64,000 nucleotides of DNA from positions 1-64,000 of IMG/VR virus record IMGVR_UViG_3300021469_000002. One strand, written 5' to 3'. Below are positions 49,143 to 57,480 of the stretch, piece by piece (the stretch's first letter is position 1; the number at the start of each line of letters is the position of its first letter). The translations under genes and the position numbers were made by a program. Below the pieces are notes generated by a model that worked only from the letters and a program-made list of their open reading frames with translations, made no database searches and was not told the origin of the DNA. This stretch comes from a virus.

Positions 49143-50531
49143 ATGCCGCCACAAATTCCGATGTATGCAGAATTTTACAAAACCTTAAGTGAAACTTTAA
49201 ATCTCCAAGATTCTAGCTTTAAGCAGACAGCACTTATTAAATCTGAGACTATAAATCTTTCAGATAAGATAGCTAAACAGACTCAAAAAAGCCTTTCTGA
49301 AACAATAAATTTGAATGAATTTATAATTAAACAAATATCAAAATTTTTTTCAGAAGTTATAAATTTAAATGAATCTATAACCAAACAAACATCAAAATCT
49401 TTTTCAGAAGTTATAAATTTAAATGAATTTATAATTAAACAAACACTAAAAAAACTTTCAGAAACTATAAACGTAAATGATTTTATAATTAGACAAGCGT
49501 CAAAATCTTTTTTAGAGACTATAAATTTAAATGAATTTATAGCCAAGCAAACATCAAAATCTTTTTCGGAATTGATTACTTTAACAGATTCAATGAATCG
49601 GTTATTTAATGCAGTTAGATCATTTAGCGAAATATTCAATTTACAAGATGTTTTTGAAAGACAAGCCACTTTACAAAGAATTTATACAGAAATATTAAAT
49701 TTGGAAGATAATATAGCTTTACTTAAAGCATATTTTAAAATATGTACTGAAACATTAAACCTTAATGATATATTCAATAGGACATGGAATGCTTATAGAA
49801 CATATACTGAAACATTAAGTTTAAATGATATTATAATAAAATTTTTATCTAAAATGCAAAATGAAACCATTAATTTAAATGATATTACAATAAAAGTTTT
49901 GTCTAAAACGTGGGATGAAACTATTAATTTAAATGATATATTAGGCAAACAACCACAAAAAAATATTTTTGAAACATTGAATTTTATAGATATTTTGACC
50001 CGAAGCTCATCAAAAACATTTATAGAAACACTTGCTTTTACGGATTCGATTCTTAAAAATGTGTCACTTTTATTAACAGAAACTTTAGATTTAAATGATA
50101 TTATTAAAAAATTATCCTATAAGATTTTAATAGATTCTTTTGTTTTTACAGATACTTTAACAAAAAATTTAATTAAATCGTTTGCTGAAATAATTATATT
50201 AACTGATAGCTCGTTTAAAACCGCTTCTAAAATTTTAATTGAAGTTATTAATTTTTCTGATATATTTACAAGAATTATTAGTGCTTCAAGGGTATTCACT
50301 GAATATATTACTTTGATTGATTCTTTTAATATAATAAAAGTAATTATAAGACAGTTTACCGAAACACTTAATTTAAATGATTATGTTCTTATAACTCCGC
50401 CAATTAAATTAATAATAGAGGCTATACCAATTAAACCTGAATTGGATGTTGTTGGCAAAATTATTGGTAAAATTATAAGCACAAAAAAACAAAAACCCAA
50501 ATTATTGGAGATAGATAGAGAAGGGATATAA
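49143..50531 (+). CDS. Repetitive fibre-like protein (~16-aa repeat K.FSE.INLND.I.KQ)
   Basis: More than 20 tandem degenerate repeats, with 48-nt periodicity at 49300-49580. Confidence 0.7.
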   Translation: MPPQIPMYAEFYKTLSETLNLQDSSFKQTALIKSETINLSDKIAKQTQKSLSETINLNEFIIKQISKFFSEVINLNESITKQTSKSFSEVINLNEFIIKQTLKKLSETINVNDFIIRQASKSFLETINLNEFIAKQTSKSFSELITLTDSMNRLFNAVRSFSEIFNLQDVFERQATLQRIYTEILNLEDNIALLKAYFKICTETLNLNDIFNRTWNAYRTYTETLSLNDIIIKFLSKMQNETINLNDITIKVLSKTWDETINLNDILGKQPQKNIFETLNFIDILTRSSSKTFIETLAFTDSILKNVSLLLTETLDLNDIIKKLSYKILIDSFVFTDTLTKNLIKSFAEIIILTDSSFKTASKILIEVINFSDIFTRIISASRVFTEYITLIDSFNIIKVIIRQFTETLNLNDYVLITPPIKLIIEAIPIKPELDVVGKIIGKIISTKKQKPKLLEIDREGI

Positions 50532-50565
50532 ATTCGAGATAATTAATTAAAAAATAGGTGAAAAA

Positions 50566-51480
50566 ATGGGAGTTTTATTAAGGTGGAGGATACCAGATTT
50601 AACTGAAGTCACATATGATAAAACAGTAATTTATAGAGCAACATCTAAAACAGGAACTTATAATGAAATAGCTATTCAGGATATAACCGATAATACATAT
50701 TTTGATTCCAGCGGAACAACTAATCATTGGTATAAGATAAGATTTAGAGGAGGAACAATAGGTAGTTATTATTATTCCGATTATTCAGACTCGATGCAAG
50801 GCGGGAAATGGAGAGGATATTGTAGTCCAGAAGATGTTAGGACAATAGCCAATTTATCATCAGATGATATAAGTGATTCAAGGCTTTATGACATAATCAC
50901 ATTTGCTATGGCACAAATAAATCACGAAATTAATTCTAAAATAATAGAAGAAAAAGTTGAACAAATCGATTTAACAAGAGAAAACAAAATAGATGGAAGT
51001 AATAAGACGTTTTACGTAAAAAAATCGTTTGAATGGTATATAGGAGATGCAGATGATGATGGAGATGTAGATACAGATGATATAACTGTTTATAAATATG
51101 CAAGTGACGGAACCAAAACTGAAATGACTATATCCGAAATATATCCAAATGAAGGCAAATTTGTTTTAGAAGATGCACCAGAATCGGGGAGTACATTGAC
51201 AGTAACCTATGTTTATGCACCAGTATCGGAAAGCGATCCACATCCAATGTTAAAACAGGCATGTGCTTATTTAACTGCTGCTTTAGCATTTACAAGAATT
51301 GAAACAGGATACTATGAAAAATTACAATTAGGCAAATTAACTTTACAGAATATGACAAGTGGTTTTACTCAATTTTATAGATTATACGAAAGAATTTTAC
51401 ATATGTTAAAAAGTAGGATGACAAGAAGAACAGATGACCCAGACTTTTGGAAACATCAATTAAATAATATAAACAGGTGA
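50566..51480 (+). CDS. Head-tail adaptor with N-terminal FN3-like domain
   Basis: YCSPEDVR...I..A...IN and LKQACAYLTAA adaptor motifs; gene position. Confidence 0.6.
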   Translation: MGVLLRWRIPDLTEVTYDKTVIYRATSKTGTYNEIAIQDITDNTYFDSSGTTNHWYKIRFRGGTIGSYYYSDYSDSMQGGKWRGYCSPEDVRTIANLSSDDISDSRLYDIITFAMAQINHEINSKIIEEKVEQIDLTRENKIDGSNKTFYVKKSFEWYIGDADDDGDVDTDDITVYKYASDGTKTEMTISEIYPNEGKFVLEDAPESGSTLTVTYVYAPVSESDPHPMLKQACAYLTAALAFTRIETGYYEKLQLGKLTLQNMTSGFTQFYRLYERILHMLKSRMTRRTDDPDFWKHQLNNINR

Positions 51481-51484
51481 TTTA

Positions 51485-51925
51485 ATGGTAGTCGGTGTAG
51501 TTAATCAATTCAGAAAAGGAGTGAAAAATATTTTTGATAAAGCAAAAGAAACAATAATTTATCAATCCATAACTAGAGATAAAGATGCTGATGACAACCC
51601 AGTAGAATATATAAATCAAACAGAAATTGATGCAGTAGTACAAATAATGAGATTAGAAGATATACAAGAAATGGGCGGACTACTACAAGTAGGTGATGCC
51701 ATAGCATTTTTTGATCATAATGCAAATATAGTTAAAGAAGACAGAATTATTCATCGAGGCATATATTATAGAATAACAGAAGCTTTTCCAGAAACTGTAG
51801 CAGGAAATGTTATTTTTATTCAAGCATTTTGTAAAAGGGAAGATTATAGACCAACAGGACACACAAATTATATTAAAACACTAACAGAGACTTTTTCATT
51901 ATCTGATGTAATTACAAAAACTTAA
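51485..51925 (+). CDS. Head closure protein
   Basis: IDAVVQ...G....GDA.......I.KEDRI...G..YRI; gene position. Confidence 0.6.
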   Translation: MVVGVVNQFRKGVKNIFDKAKETIIYQSITRDKDADDNPVEYINQTEIDAVVQIMRLEDIQEMGGLLQVGDAIAFFDHNANIVKEDRIIHRGIYYRITEAFPETVAGNVIFIQAFCKREDYRPTGHTNYIKTLTETFSLSDVITKT

Positions 51926-52020
51926 CGAAAGAAAACTTGGTATTTTAATGCTGGGATGAATTTCATTCACATAATATTATATTGTCGATAATATTTAAAT
52001 CTTTAATATTAATTAATATT

Positions 52021-52139
52021 ATGATAATCAGAAAAGTTTGGAAAAACAAAGCAACAAACCAATTGTTGGTGTCAATCCCGAAAAATGAAGGAATAAAAGA
52101 AGAGATTATGTTAAAATAGTCAAGGTGGAGGAAGAATGA
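52021..52139 (+). pseudogene. AbrB/MazE-like mini-regulator with a 1-nt frameshift
   Basis: MIIRKVWKNKATNQLLVSIPKNEGIKE / DYVKIVKVEEE. Restoring one base at about 52102 gives GIKEGDYV and an ATGA overlap with tnpB. Confidence 0.55.
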
Positions 52140-53215
52140 TAATCTGTAAAACTATAAAGGCAAAAATAATAGGATTGACAAAAACCAAAGCCAAACTCAT
52201 TAGTCAAGAATATCAAAATTTTCAATTGGTTTTGAAAGGAAAAAATGCTCCTCTATACTCAGCCATTAAGCAACAAGCTTTAAAACTGAAAAAACAAATT
52301 AATGGAAATAAGAGAGAATATCCTTTGATAATAAGAAGGGATGTTCTAAAAATAGAAAAACAAAATACTAAGCTTAGCAAATATTGGTTTAAAATTCCCT
52401 GTTATTATAGAAGAGGTGGAGTATGGGTTGCCATTAAATTCTCTCCTACTCAAGAAGAATTATTAAATCATTCTATTAGAGAAACAAAGCTTGTTAAGAA
52501 AAATAACAAATGGTTTTTATTGATAACTGTTCAAAAGGAAGTTGAAATTAAAAAATCATATTCCTCAATTTTAGCCATAGACTTTGGGCTGAAATGGATT
52601 GCTACGGTCTGTGACCTAAGTAATCTTAGACCAAAGTTTTATGGTAATGAATTGAGGAAAATAAGAGGGCACTATTTCTATCTGCGAAGGAAATTAGCGA
52701 AGAAAGAAATTAGAGGATATTATAAATGGATAAAAAGAAGTAAAGAAGCGAGAATTGTAAATAACTTTCTCCATAAAATTTCTAGAGAAATAGTTAATTG
52801 GGCAAAGGAAACCAACAGCTTGATAGTTTTTGGAAAACTAAAAGGAATAAGGAAGCAAAATAAGGGAAGGAAATTCAATAGAAAATTGAACTCATTTCCA
52901 TATTACAAATTGGCTCAATACATCAAGTATAAAGCAATTGAGGAAGAAATTTTTGTTTTAGAAGCTCCAGAGGCATATACTTCCCAGATATGTCATAAAT
53001 GCGGAAAGAAAGGGATAAGAAAAAACGGATTGTTCAAATGTGAGTGTGGGTTAGAAGATAACGCAGATAGGAATGGTGCTATAAACATTGGAAAACGAGC
53101 TTTGGGGTATATCTCCAAAGTAGGGGTAGTTGTGACACTACCCAGAACTGAGGCTTTAGACATAAAGATTCCGATTAACAATCCAGTGAGCGACCTCAGA
53201 AGCTCAGGTTTTTAA
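52136..53215 (+). CDS. tnpB: RNA-guided nuclease TnpB
   Basis: LAIDFG, LHKISREIV, YTSQICHKCG, FKCECG, NADRNGAINI. Confidence 0.92.
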   Translation: MIICKTIKAKIIGLTKTKAKLISQEYQNFQLVLKGKNAPLYSAIKQQALKLKKQINGNKREYPLIIRRDVLKIEKQNTKLSKYWFKIPCYYRRGGVWVAIKFSPTQEELLNHSIRETKLVKKNNKWFLLITVQKEVEIKKSYSSILAIDFGLKWIATVCDLSNLRPKFYGNELRKIRGHYFYLRRKLAKKEIRGYYKWIKRSKEARIVNNFLHKISREIVNWAKETNSLIVFGKLKGIRKQNKGRKFNRKLNSFPYYKLAQYIKYKAIEEEIFVLEAPEAYTSQICHKCGKKGIRKNGLFKCECGLEDNADRNGAINIGKRALGYISKVGVVVTLPRTEALDIKIPINNPVSDLRSSGF

Positions 53216-53248
53216 ACCTGAGTGTGTCACAAGCTCAAAAACTTAAAG

Positions 53249-53277
53249 TTTATAAATTCGACTTCAGTTCTAAATAA
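53249..53277 (+). promoter_or_regulatory. Putative late promoter (tail operon)
   Basis: Near-identical to 39533-39561. Confidence 0.7.
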
Positions 53278-53294
53278 AATATAATGATAACTAT

Positions 53295-53344
53295 GCCTTG
53301 TTGAAGGCTTCTTTAGTACCATTGGGTATAATCTCGTTGGAGAT
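53295..53344 (+). promoter_or_regulatory. Three tandem RUUG-tetraloop hairpins in the tail-operon leader
   Basis: GCCTT-GTTG-AAGGC, GTACC-ATTG-GGTAT, ATCTC-GTTG-GAGAT. Confidence 0.6.
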
Positions 53345-53347
53345 GTG

Positions 53348-53821
53348 ATGAATTTGGTTAGCTTAGATACTCTTGGAGATGATGCAATTACTTTCTTTAG
53401 AGATGTTCTTAGGCAAAATCTCACTGATAAACAAACGCCGCCTCGTCCTGGATCTGAATGGATTTATAAATCAAGACCAGCAACTACTGAAATTAATCTT
53501 CCTTTTGTTATAGTTACTGAAGATAGAGAGAATGCTAATAGATTAACTATTCATCCTACTAAAGGGAAAATCGGAATTCCAACAATACGTTTGGATATTC
53601 GAGTTTGGGCACATAAAATAAATCATAGAGATGAAATTGCTGATGAAATAATTAAAATTTTAAAAAATCCAACATCTAGCGATGGTTCGACAACCATACT
53701 TCAAAATCGTTTTGTTTTTAAAAGTTATGAAAAATATGAAGAAGATGCAAAACTTGCTGAATTCCCTGAAGTTATAAGAATGAAAAGAATAATGGTAAAT
53801 TTTAATTATATTGGTGGATAA
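53348..53821 (+). CDS. Tail terminator-like protein
   Basis: LPFVIV...IRLDIRVWA....RDEIADEI..IL pattern; gene position. Confidence 0.6.
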   Translation: MNLVSLDTLGDDAITFFRDVLRQNLTDKQTPPRPGSEWIYKSRPATTEINLPFVIVTEDRENANRLTIHPTKGKIGIPTIRLDIRVWAHKINHRDEIADEIIKILKNPTSSDGSTTILQNRFVFKSYEKYEEDAKLAEFPEVIRMKRIMVNFNYIGG

Positions 53822-53823
53822 TA

Positions 53824-54312
53824 ATGGTAACATTTACTGTTAGAGTTCAAATGAAAGGAGCTGAAAAAATTAATAAAAGATGGAGATTATTAAGAAACCT
53901 ACCTAAAATATTAGATCCTTATATTGAAACTATTGGAAATACTATAATAAAATTAGCAAAACAATATGCTCCAAGATTTGAAGAACATTTAGTTAAGGGT
54001 CTTAATTATAGAATAGACGAAGAAAAAAACGGACGTAAATTGATTGTATATAATGAAGTTTGGTGGTCACATTTTCAAGAATATGGTTTTGAGCCTCATT
54101 TTGCTCCAATCACACCTTATGCAAAAAGATGGTTAGAAGCACATATGACCGGTGCAGAAGGAGTTAAACCGGGTAAAAAAGGATATTTTTATGTTAAAAA
54201 ATATACTCCTCATGTAAGCAAGGCGGTTGAGGATATTAGACCAAATATCCCAACACTCCTAAAAAAAGGAGTGGATGCCTTTTTAGAAAAAACGTTTGGA
54301 GGAATTGAATGA
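53824..54312 (+). CDS. HK97 gp10-like tail completion protein
   Basis: AKQYAP...L..G....FQEYG...PH...A pattern. Confidence 0.65.
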   Translation: MVTFTVRVQMKGAEKINKRWRLLRNLPKILDPYIETIGNTIIKLAKQYAPRFEEHLVKGLNYRIDEEKNGRKLIVYNEVWWSHFQEYGFEPHFAPITPYAKRWLEAHMTGAEGVKPGKKGYFYVKKYTPHVSKAVEDIRPNIPTLLKKGVDAFLEKTFGGIE

Positions 54313-54545
54313 AATACAAAGTAAAAGTATCGGAGTGGTACCTAAAAAATAGACCTTCGCCAAATGCAAAATTGCCAGTAAAATTAGATTCATCAGGAAA
54401 AAAAATCAAACTTATAGGAGAAGGAGATGAAGTAATAACAGGGAATATTCAGGGTATAGAAAATGATCCAAGATTTGTTATTGAAAAAGTAAAGTCGGTA
54501 AAGATTCCTAAAATAAACGAAAATATTAAAAATAAGGAGGATTAA
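54309..54545 (+). CDS. Hypothetical protein
   Basis: ATGA-coupled ORF. Confidence 0.5.
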   Translation: MKYKVKVSEWYLKNRPSPNAKLPVKLDSSGKKIKLIGEGDEVITGNIQGIENDPRFVIEKVKSVKIPKINENIKNKED

Positions 54546-54551
54546 TGAAAT

Positions 54552-55163
54552 ATGGCTTTAAAAGCTGGAGCATGGAGTGAAACTGCGTTGGTGACAATTA
54601 CCAAGCACAATGGTTCAAATGTTGAGTTTGCAGCTTTAACAGAAACTATAGATATCGATATGGGCGACAAAGATATAGACCAAATACCCAGTGTAGCGGG
54701 GGGAAGATTAGTAAAAAAAGTAGCTCAAGATATTACAACAATTACTTTTGAAGGCTATCCAATAGATATAGATTCTGCTGATGGAACAGGCGTTTCCCAG
54801 ATGTTTGAAGGTGGAACATGGGATACTATTGAACCATTAGAAACCTATTCTAGTTTAGGCAGAGATTTATTTAGAGTAGCAATACTCTGGACTGATGACA
54901 CATCAGCAACTTCTGCTGCTGGATCAACAGCTGCAGGAACTAATTCATATAGAATAGTATTTGCACATTGTTATATGACAAGCATGAAACCAAGTTTCAC
55001 AGACGGTATATTAAAGTTTACATTCAGTTTTAAATGTCCAGCATTTAATCCTGAAAAAACAGCTAATATAAGAGAAGAATCAGGAGATAATACAGCACTT
55101 TCTGCTTTAAGTGCATATGATTCTACAAACTATCCTCCAAGAGGAACAAGTTATACGTGGTGA
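54552..55163 (+). CDS. Tail tube-like protein 1
   Basis: Beta-rich, about 200 aa, upstream of chaperones and tape measure; paralog of the next gene. Confidence 0.6.
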   Translation: MALKAGAWSETALVTITKHNGSNVEFAALTETIDIDMGDKDIDQIPSVAGGRLVKKVAQDITTITFEGYPIDIDSADGTGVSQMFEGGTWDTIEPLETYSSLGRDLFRVAILWTDDTSATSAAGSTAAGTNSYRIVFAHCYMTSMKPSFTDGILKFTFSFKCPAFNPEKTANIREESGDNTALSALSAYDSTNYPPRGTSYTW

Positions 55164-55169
55164 TAAAAT

Positions 55170-55808
55170 ATGACATTACCTGCTGGTGCATGGTCAGAAA
55201 CTGCGTTGGTAGCGGTTGCCTATTATGGTAATGGTTCAGAAACTAATAACGATATACAATTTGCAACTTTAACAGAAACTATTGACATAGATATGGGAGA
55301 TAAAGATATAGACCAAGTCCCAAGTATAGCAGGAGGAAGACTTGTAAAGAAAGTTCCACAGGATATAACTACAATAACATTTGAAGCATATCCAACCGAT
55401 ATAGATGTAAAAGGAGGAACAGGATTATCGCAATTATTCCATACCACAGAAGCTAATTGGGATGCTTCTGAACCTTTGCAAGTAACGGCTTCAAGAAATA
55501 GGGAGCTTTATAGAATTGCAATACTTTGGACTGATGATACTAGCGTTACTACAGCAAATGGTGCGGTATCTTCGGGATCTAATGCTTATAGAATAGTATT
55601 TGCACATTGTTATTGTACTAGTATGAAACCAAGTTTCACTGATGGCGTCTTGAAATTTACATTATCATTCAAAGTACCGGCATTTAATCCCAATGGTGTT
55701 GCTAATATTATGGAACAATCTACAGATGGATCAGCATCTTTAAATGCATTAAATACTTATAATTCAACGAATTACAATCCTAACTCTTCATCAGCATATA
55801 CTTGGTAA
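55170..55808 (+). CDS. Tail tube-like protein 2
   Basis: Shares AGAWSETALV, LTETIDIDMGDKDIDQ, YRIVFAHCY and TSMKPSFTDG with the previous gene. Confidence 0.6.
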   Translation: MTLPAGAWSETALVAVAYYGNGSETNNDIQFATLTETIDIDMGDKDIDQVPSIAGGRLVKKVPQDITTITFEAYPTDIDVKGGTGLSQLFHTTEANWDASEPLQVTASRNRELYRIAILWTDDTSVTTANGAVSSGSNAYRIVFAHCYCTSMKPSFTDGVLKFTLSFKVPAFNPNGVANIMEQSTDGSASLNALNTYNSTNYNPNSSSAYTW

Positions 55809-55827
55809 TCAATTCAGTAAGGAAAAG

Positions 55828-56568
55828 GTGAATAGATTGAGAAAACCGAAGGTCTTGGTAGCTGCTCCAACGTGGGAAGGGCATAAGTATATATTGGTTA
55901 AATATTTGCTTAGGGTTAAGAATCTTTCATATCCCAATTATTCCGTTTTATTAGTAGACAATGGAAAAAGTAAGTCTTTTAGTAAATGGTTAATTAGAAA
56001 GGGTATCAAAGTAATTAAAATTCCATACAGGGAAAATGTATTTGAAAGAATTGCCAATGCCAGAAACGCCATAATCAACTATGTTCTTCAACATCCAGAT
56101 ATCAAGTATTTATTAAGTTTAGATACTGATGTAATTCCTCCTAGAAATATAATTGAAAGACTCTTAAAACATAAAAAAGATTTAGTGGGGGCTTTGATTC
56201 ATATGGGATTTGAAAAAAAAGTGCCGTGTGTTTTAAAAGATGGATATTTAATGAAAAATGGTATAAGAGGATTATCTTATTACTCATGGAAAGAAATCAG
56301 AGAAATGAAAAAGAAAAAAGACTTGCATAAGGTATGGGGTACATCAGTTGCATGCTTATTAATTCATAGAAAAATATTTGAAGCAGGAGTAAGATTCCGT
56401 TATACTCCTTATTTTCATGTTGGCGAAGATATTTGGTTTTTTACAGAATGTAATGAAAAAGGTTTTAAATTTTATGTTGATTTAAGTAAACGCATTCCTC
56501 ATTTTAATAAATCAAAAAAGAGGTGGTATAAATCGTTAATGAAACTCAAAACCAAGTTGAAAAAGTAA
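55828..56568 (+). CDS. GT-A glycosyltransferase within the tail operon
   Basis: LVDNG, ANARN, LDTDVIPP, CLLIHRKIF, GEDIWF. Confidence 0.85.
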   Translation: MNRLRKPKVLVAAPTWEGHKYILVKYLLRVKNLSYPNYSVLLVDNGKSKSFSKWLIRKGIKVIKIPYRENVFERIANARNAIINYVLQHPDIKYLLSLDTDVIPPRNIIERLLKHKKDLVGALIHMGFEKKVPCVLKDGYLMKNGIRGLSYYSWKEIREMKKKKDLHKVWGTSVACLLIHRKIFEAGVRFRYTPYFHVGEDIWFFTECNEKGFKFYVDLSKRIPHFNKSKKRWYKSLMKLKTKLKK

Positions 56569-56834
56569 AACAATTTATAAAAGAACACAAACCAGATTTA
56601 AGTATATCAAGAGTTCCTGAAAAGACTCTTGAAATATTTAAAAAACTAGCTAAAGAAGAATTTTGTAATGATTATGGCATGACTCTAAAATATTTAGTTG
56701 ATTATGCTGTCCGAGATATAAAATTTCAAGAACTCTCCCAAAGAATAACAATACTCGAAAGAAAATTTTTAGAACAGGAAGAAAGAGAAATAAAAACATT
56801 AAGCGGGAGAGTTATACAAATTAAAAAAAAGTGA
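56532..56834 (+). CDS. Ribbon-helix-helix-like plus coiled-coil protein (100 aa), apparent ATC start
   Basis: Open frame from ATC 56532 (after GAGGTGG) to TGA 56834: PDLSISRVPEKTLEIFKKLAKEEFCNDYGMTLKYLVD. It fills an otherwise empty gap in the operon. Confidence 0.6.
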   Translation: MVNETQNQVEKVKQFIKEHKPDLSISRVPEKTLEIFKKLAKEEFCNDYGMTLKYLVDYAVRDIKFQELSQRITILERKFLEQEEREIKTLSGRVIQIKKK

Positions 56835-56843
56835 GGTGAATAG

Positions 56844-57257
56844 ATGGTAGAAATAGAAGAGAACGAAATTAAAAAATTTGAAAAACATATGGGATTAGCA
56901 CAAGAATTTAAAATAGGCGAAGATACTTTTAAGTTCTTGCCATTAAGAGCAGAAGACATTCCAGAACTATTAAAAGTAATAAGAGTTTTTACAACAAAAG
57001 TAAAGCCAGGAGAAGAAGAAAAATGGCTTGAAGCAATGGATAAAGAAACAATAGAGATTTTAGTTAAATTAATCAAAAAAATGGTTAAAATATCTTATCC
57101 AAAATTAAGCGAAGAACAAATTGATAATTTTGTATCTGCCAACTTCATAGCATTATCAGTAGCGTTATTTCAGATAAATGATTTAGGAGCTAAAAAAGTA
57201 GGAGCAATAAAAGAAAGGCTAGAAAAATTAAGAGCAGCAAGAAGATCTAAAAAATAG
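56844..57257 (+). CDS. Tail assembly chaperone
   Basis: FKIGEDTFKFLPL pattern; lies just before the tape measure gene. Confidence 0.6.
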   Translation: MVEIEENEIKKFEKHMGLAQEFKIGEDTFKFLPLRAEDIPELLKVIRVFTTKVKPGEEEKWLEAMDKETIEILVKLIKKMVKISYPKLSEEQIDNFVSANFIALSVALFQINDLGAKKVGAIKERLEKLRAARRSKK

Positions 57258-57266
57258 AGGAGGAGA

Positions 57267-57476
57267 ATGCTAAAGATACAAGAGATAATAGAAAAACATA
57301 AAAAAACCGATTTAGCAGTAATACATCATAACTTAATGAAATTTTATGGTTGCTGGATACCAATAGAAGAATTCAGAAAAATACCTATTCCAACATTAGT
57401 AAATTTGATATCATATATAAATGAGGATTTAAAAAAACAATTAAAAACACCAAAAGTCCCGAAAATAAGAAGATGA
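57267..57476 (+). CDS. Tail assembly chaperone, second (gpT-like) part
   Basis: W.P.EEFRKIPIPTL..L pattern; gene position. Confidence 0.5.
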   Translation: MLKIQEIIEKHKKTDLAVIHHNLMKFYGCWIPIEEFRKIPIPTLVNLISYINEDLKKQLKTPKVPKIRR

Positions 57477-57480
57477 AAAT

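Larger units (their letters stand above)
51926..53230 (+). mobile_element. TnpB-only IS200/IS605 (IS1341-like) element
   Basis: Left-end hairpin CTTGGTATTTTAATGCTGGG (about 51936-51955) and right-end hairpin CTCAGGTTTTTAAACCTGAG ending GTGTCAC at 53230. No tnpA. Left boundary is approximate. Confidence 0.75.

Noticed and set aside
53231-53250. Self-target of the TnpB guide elsewhere in the window (e.g. AAGCTCAAA near 3767)
   Set aside because: Only a 9-nt match was found by eye, which is expected by chance in AT-rich DNA.
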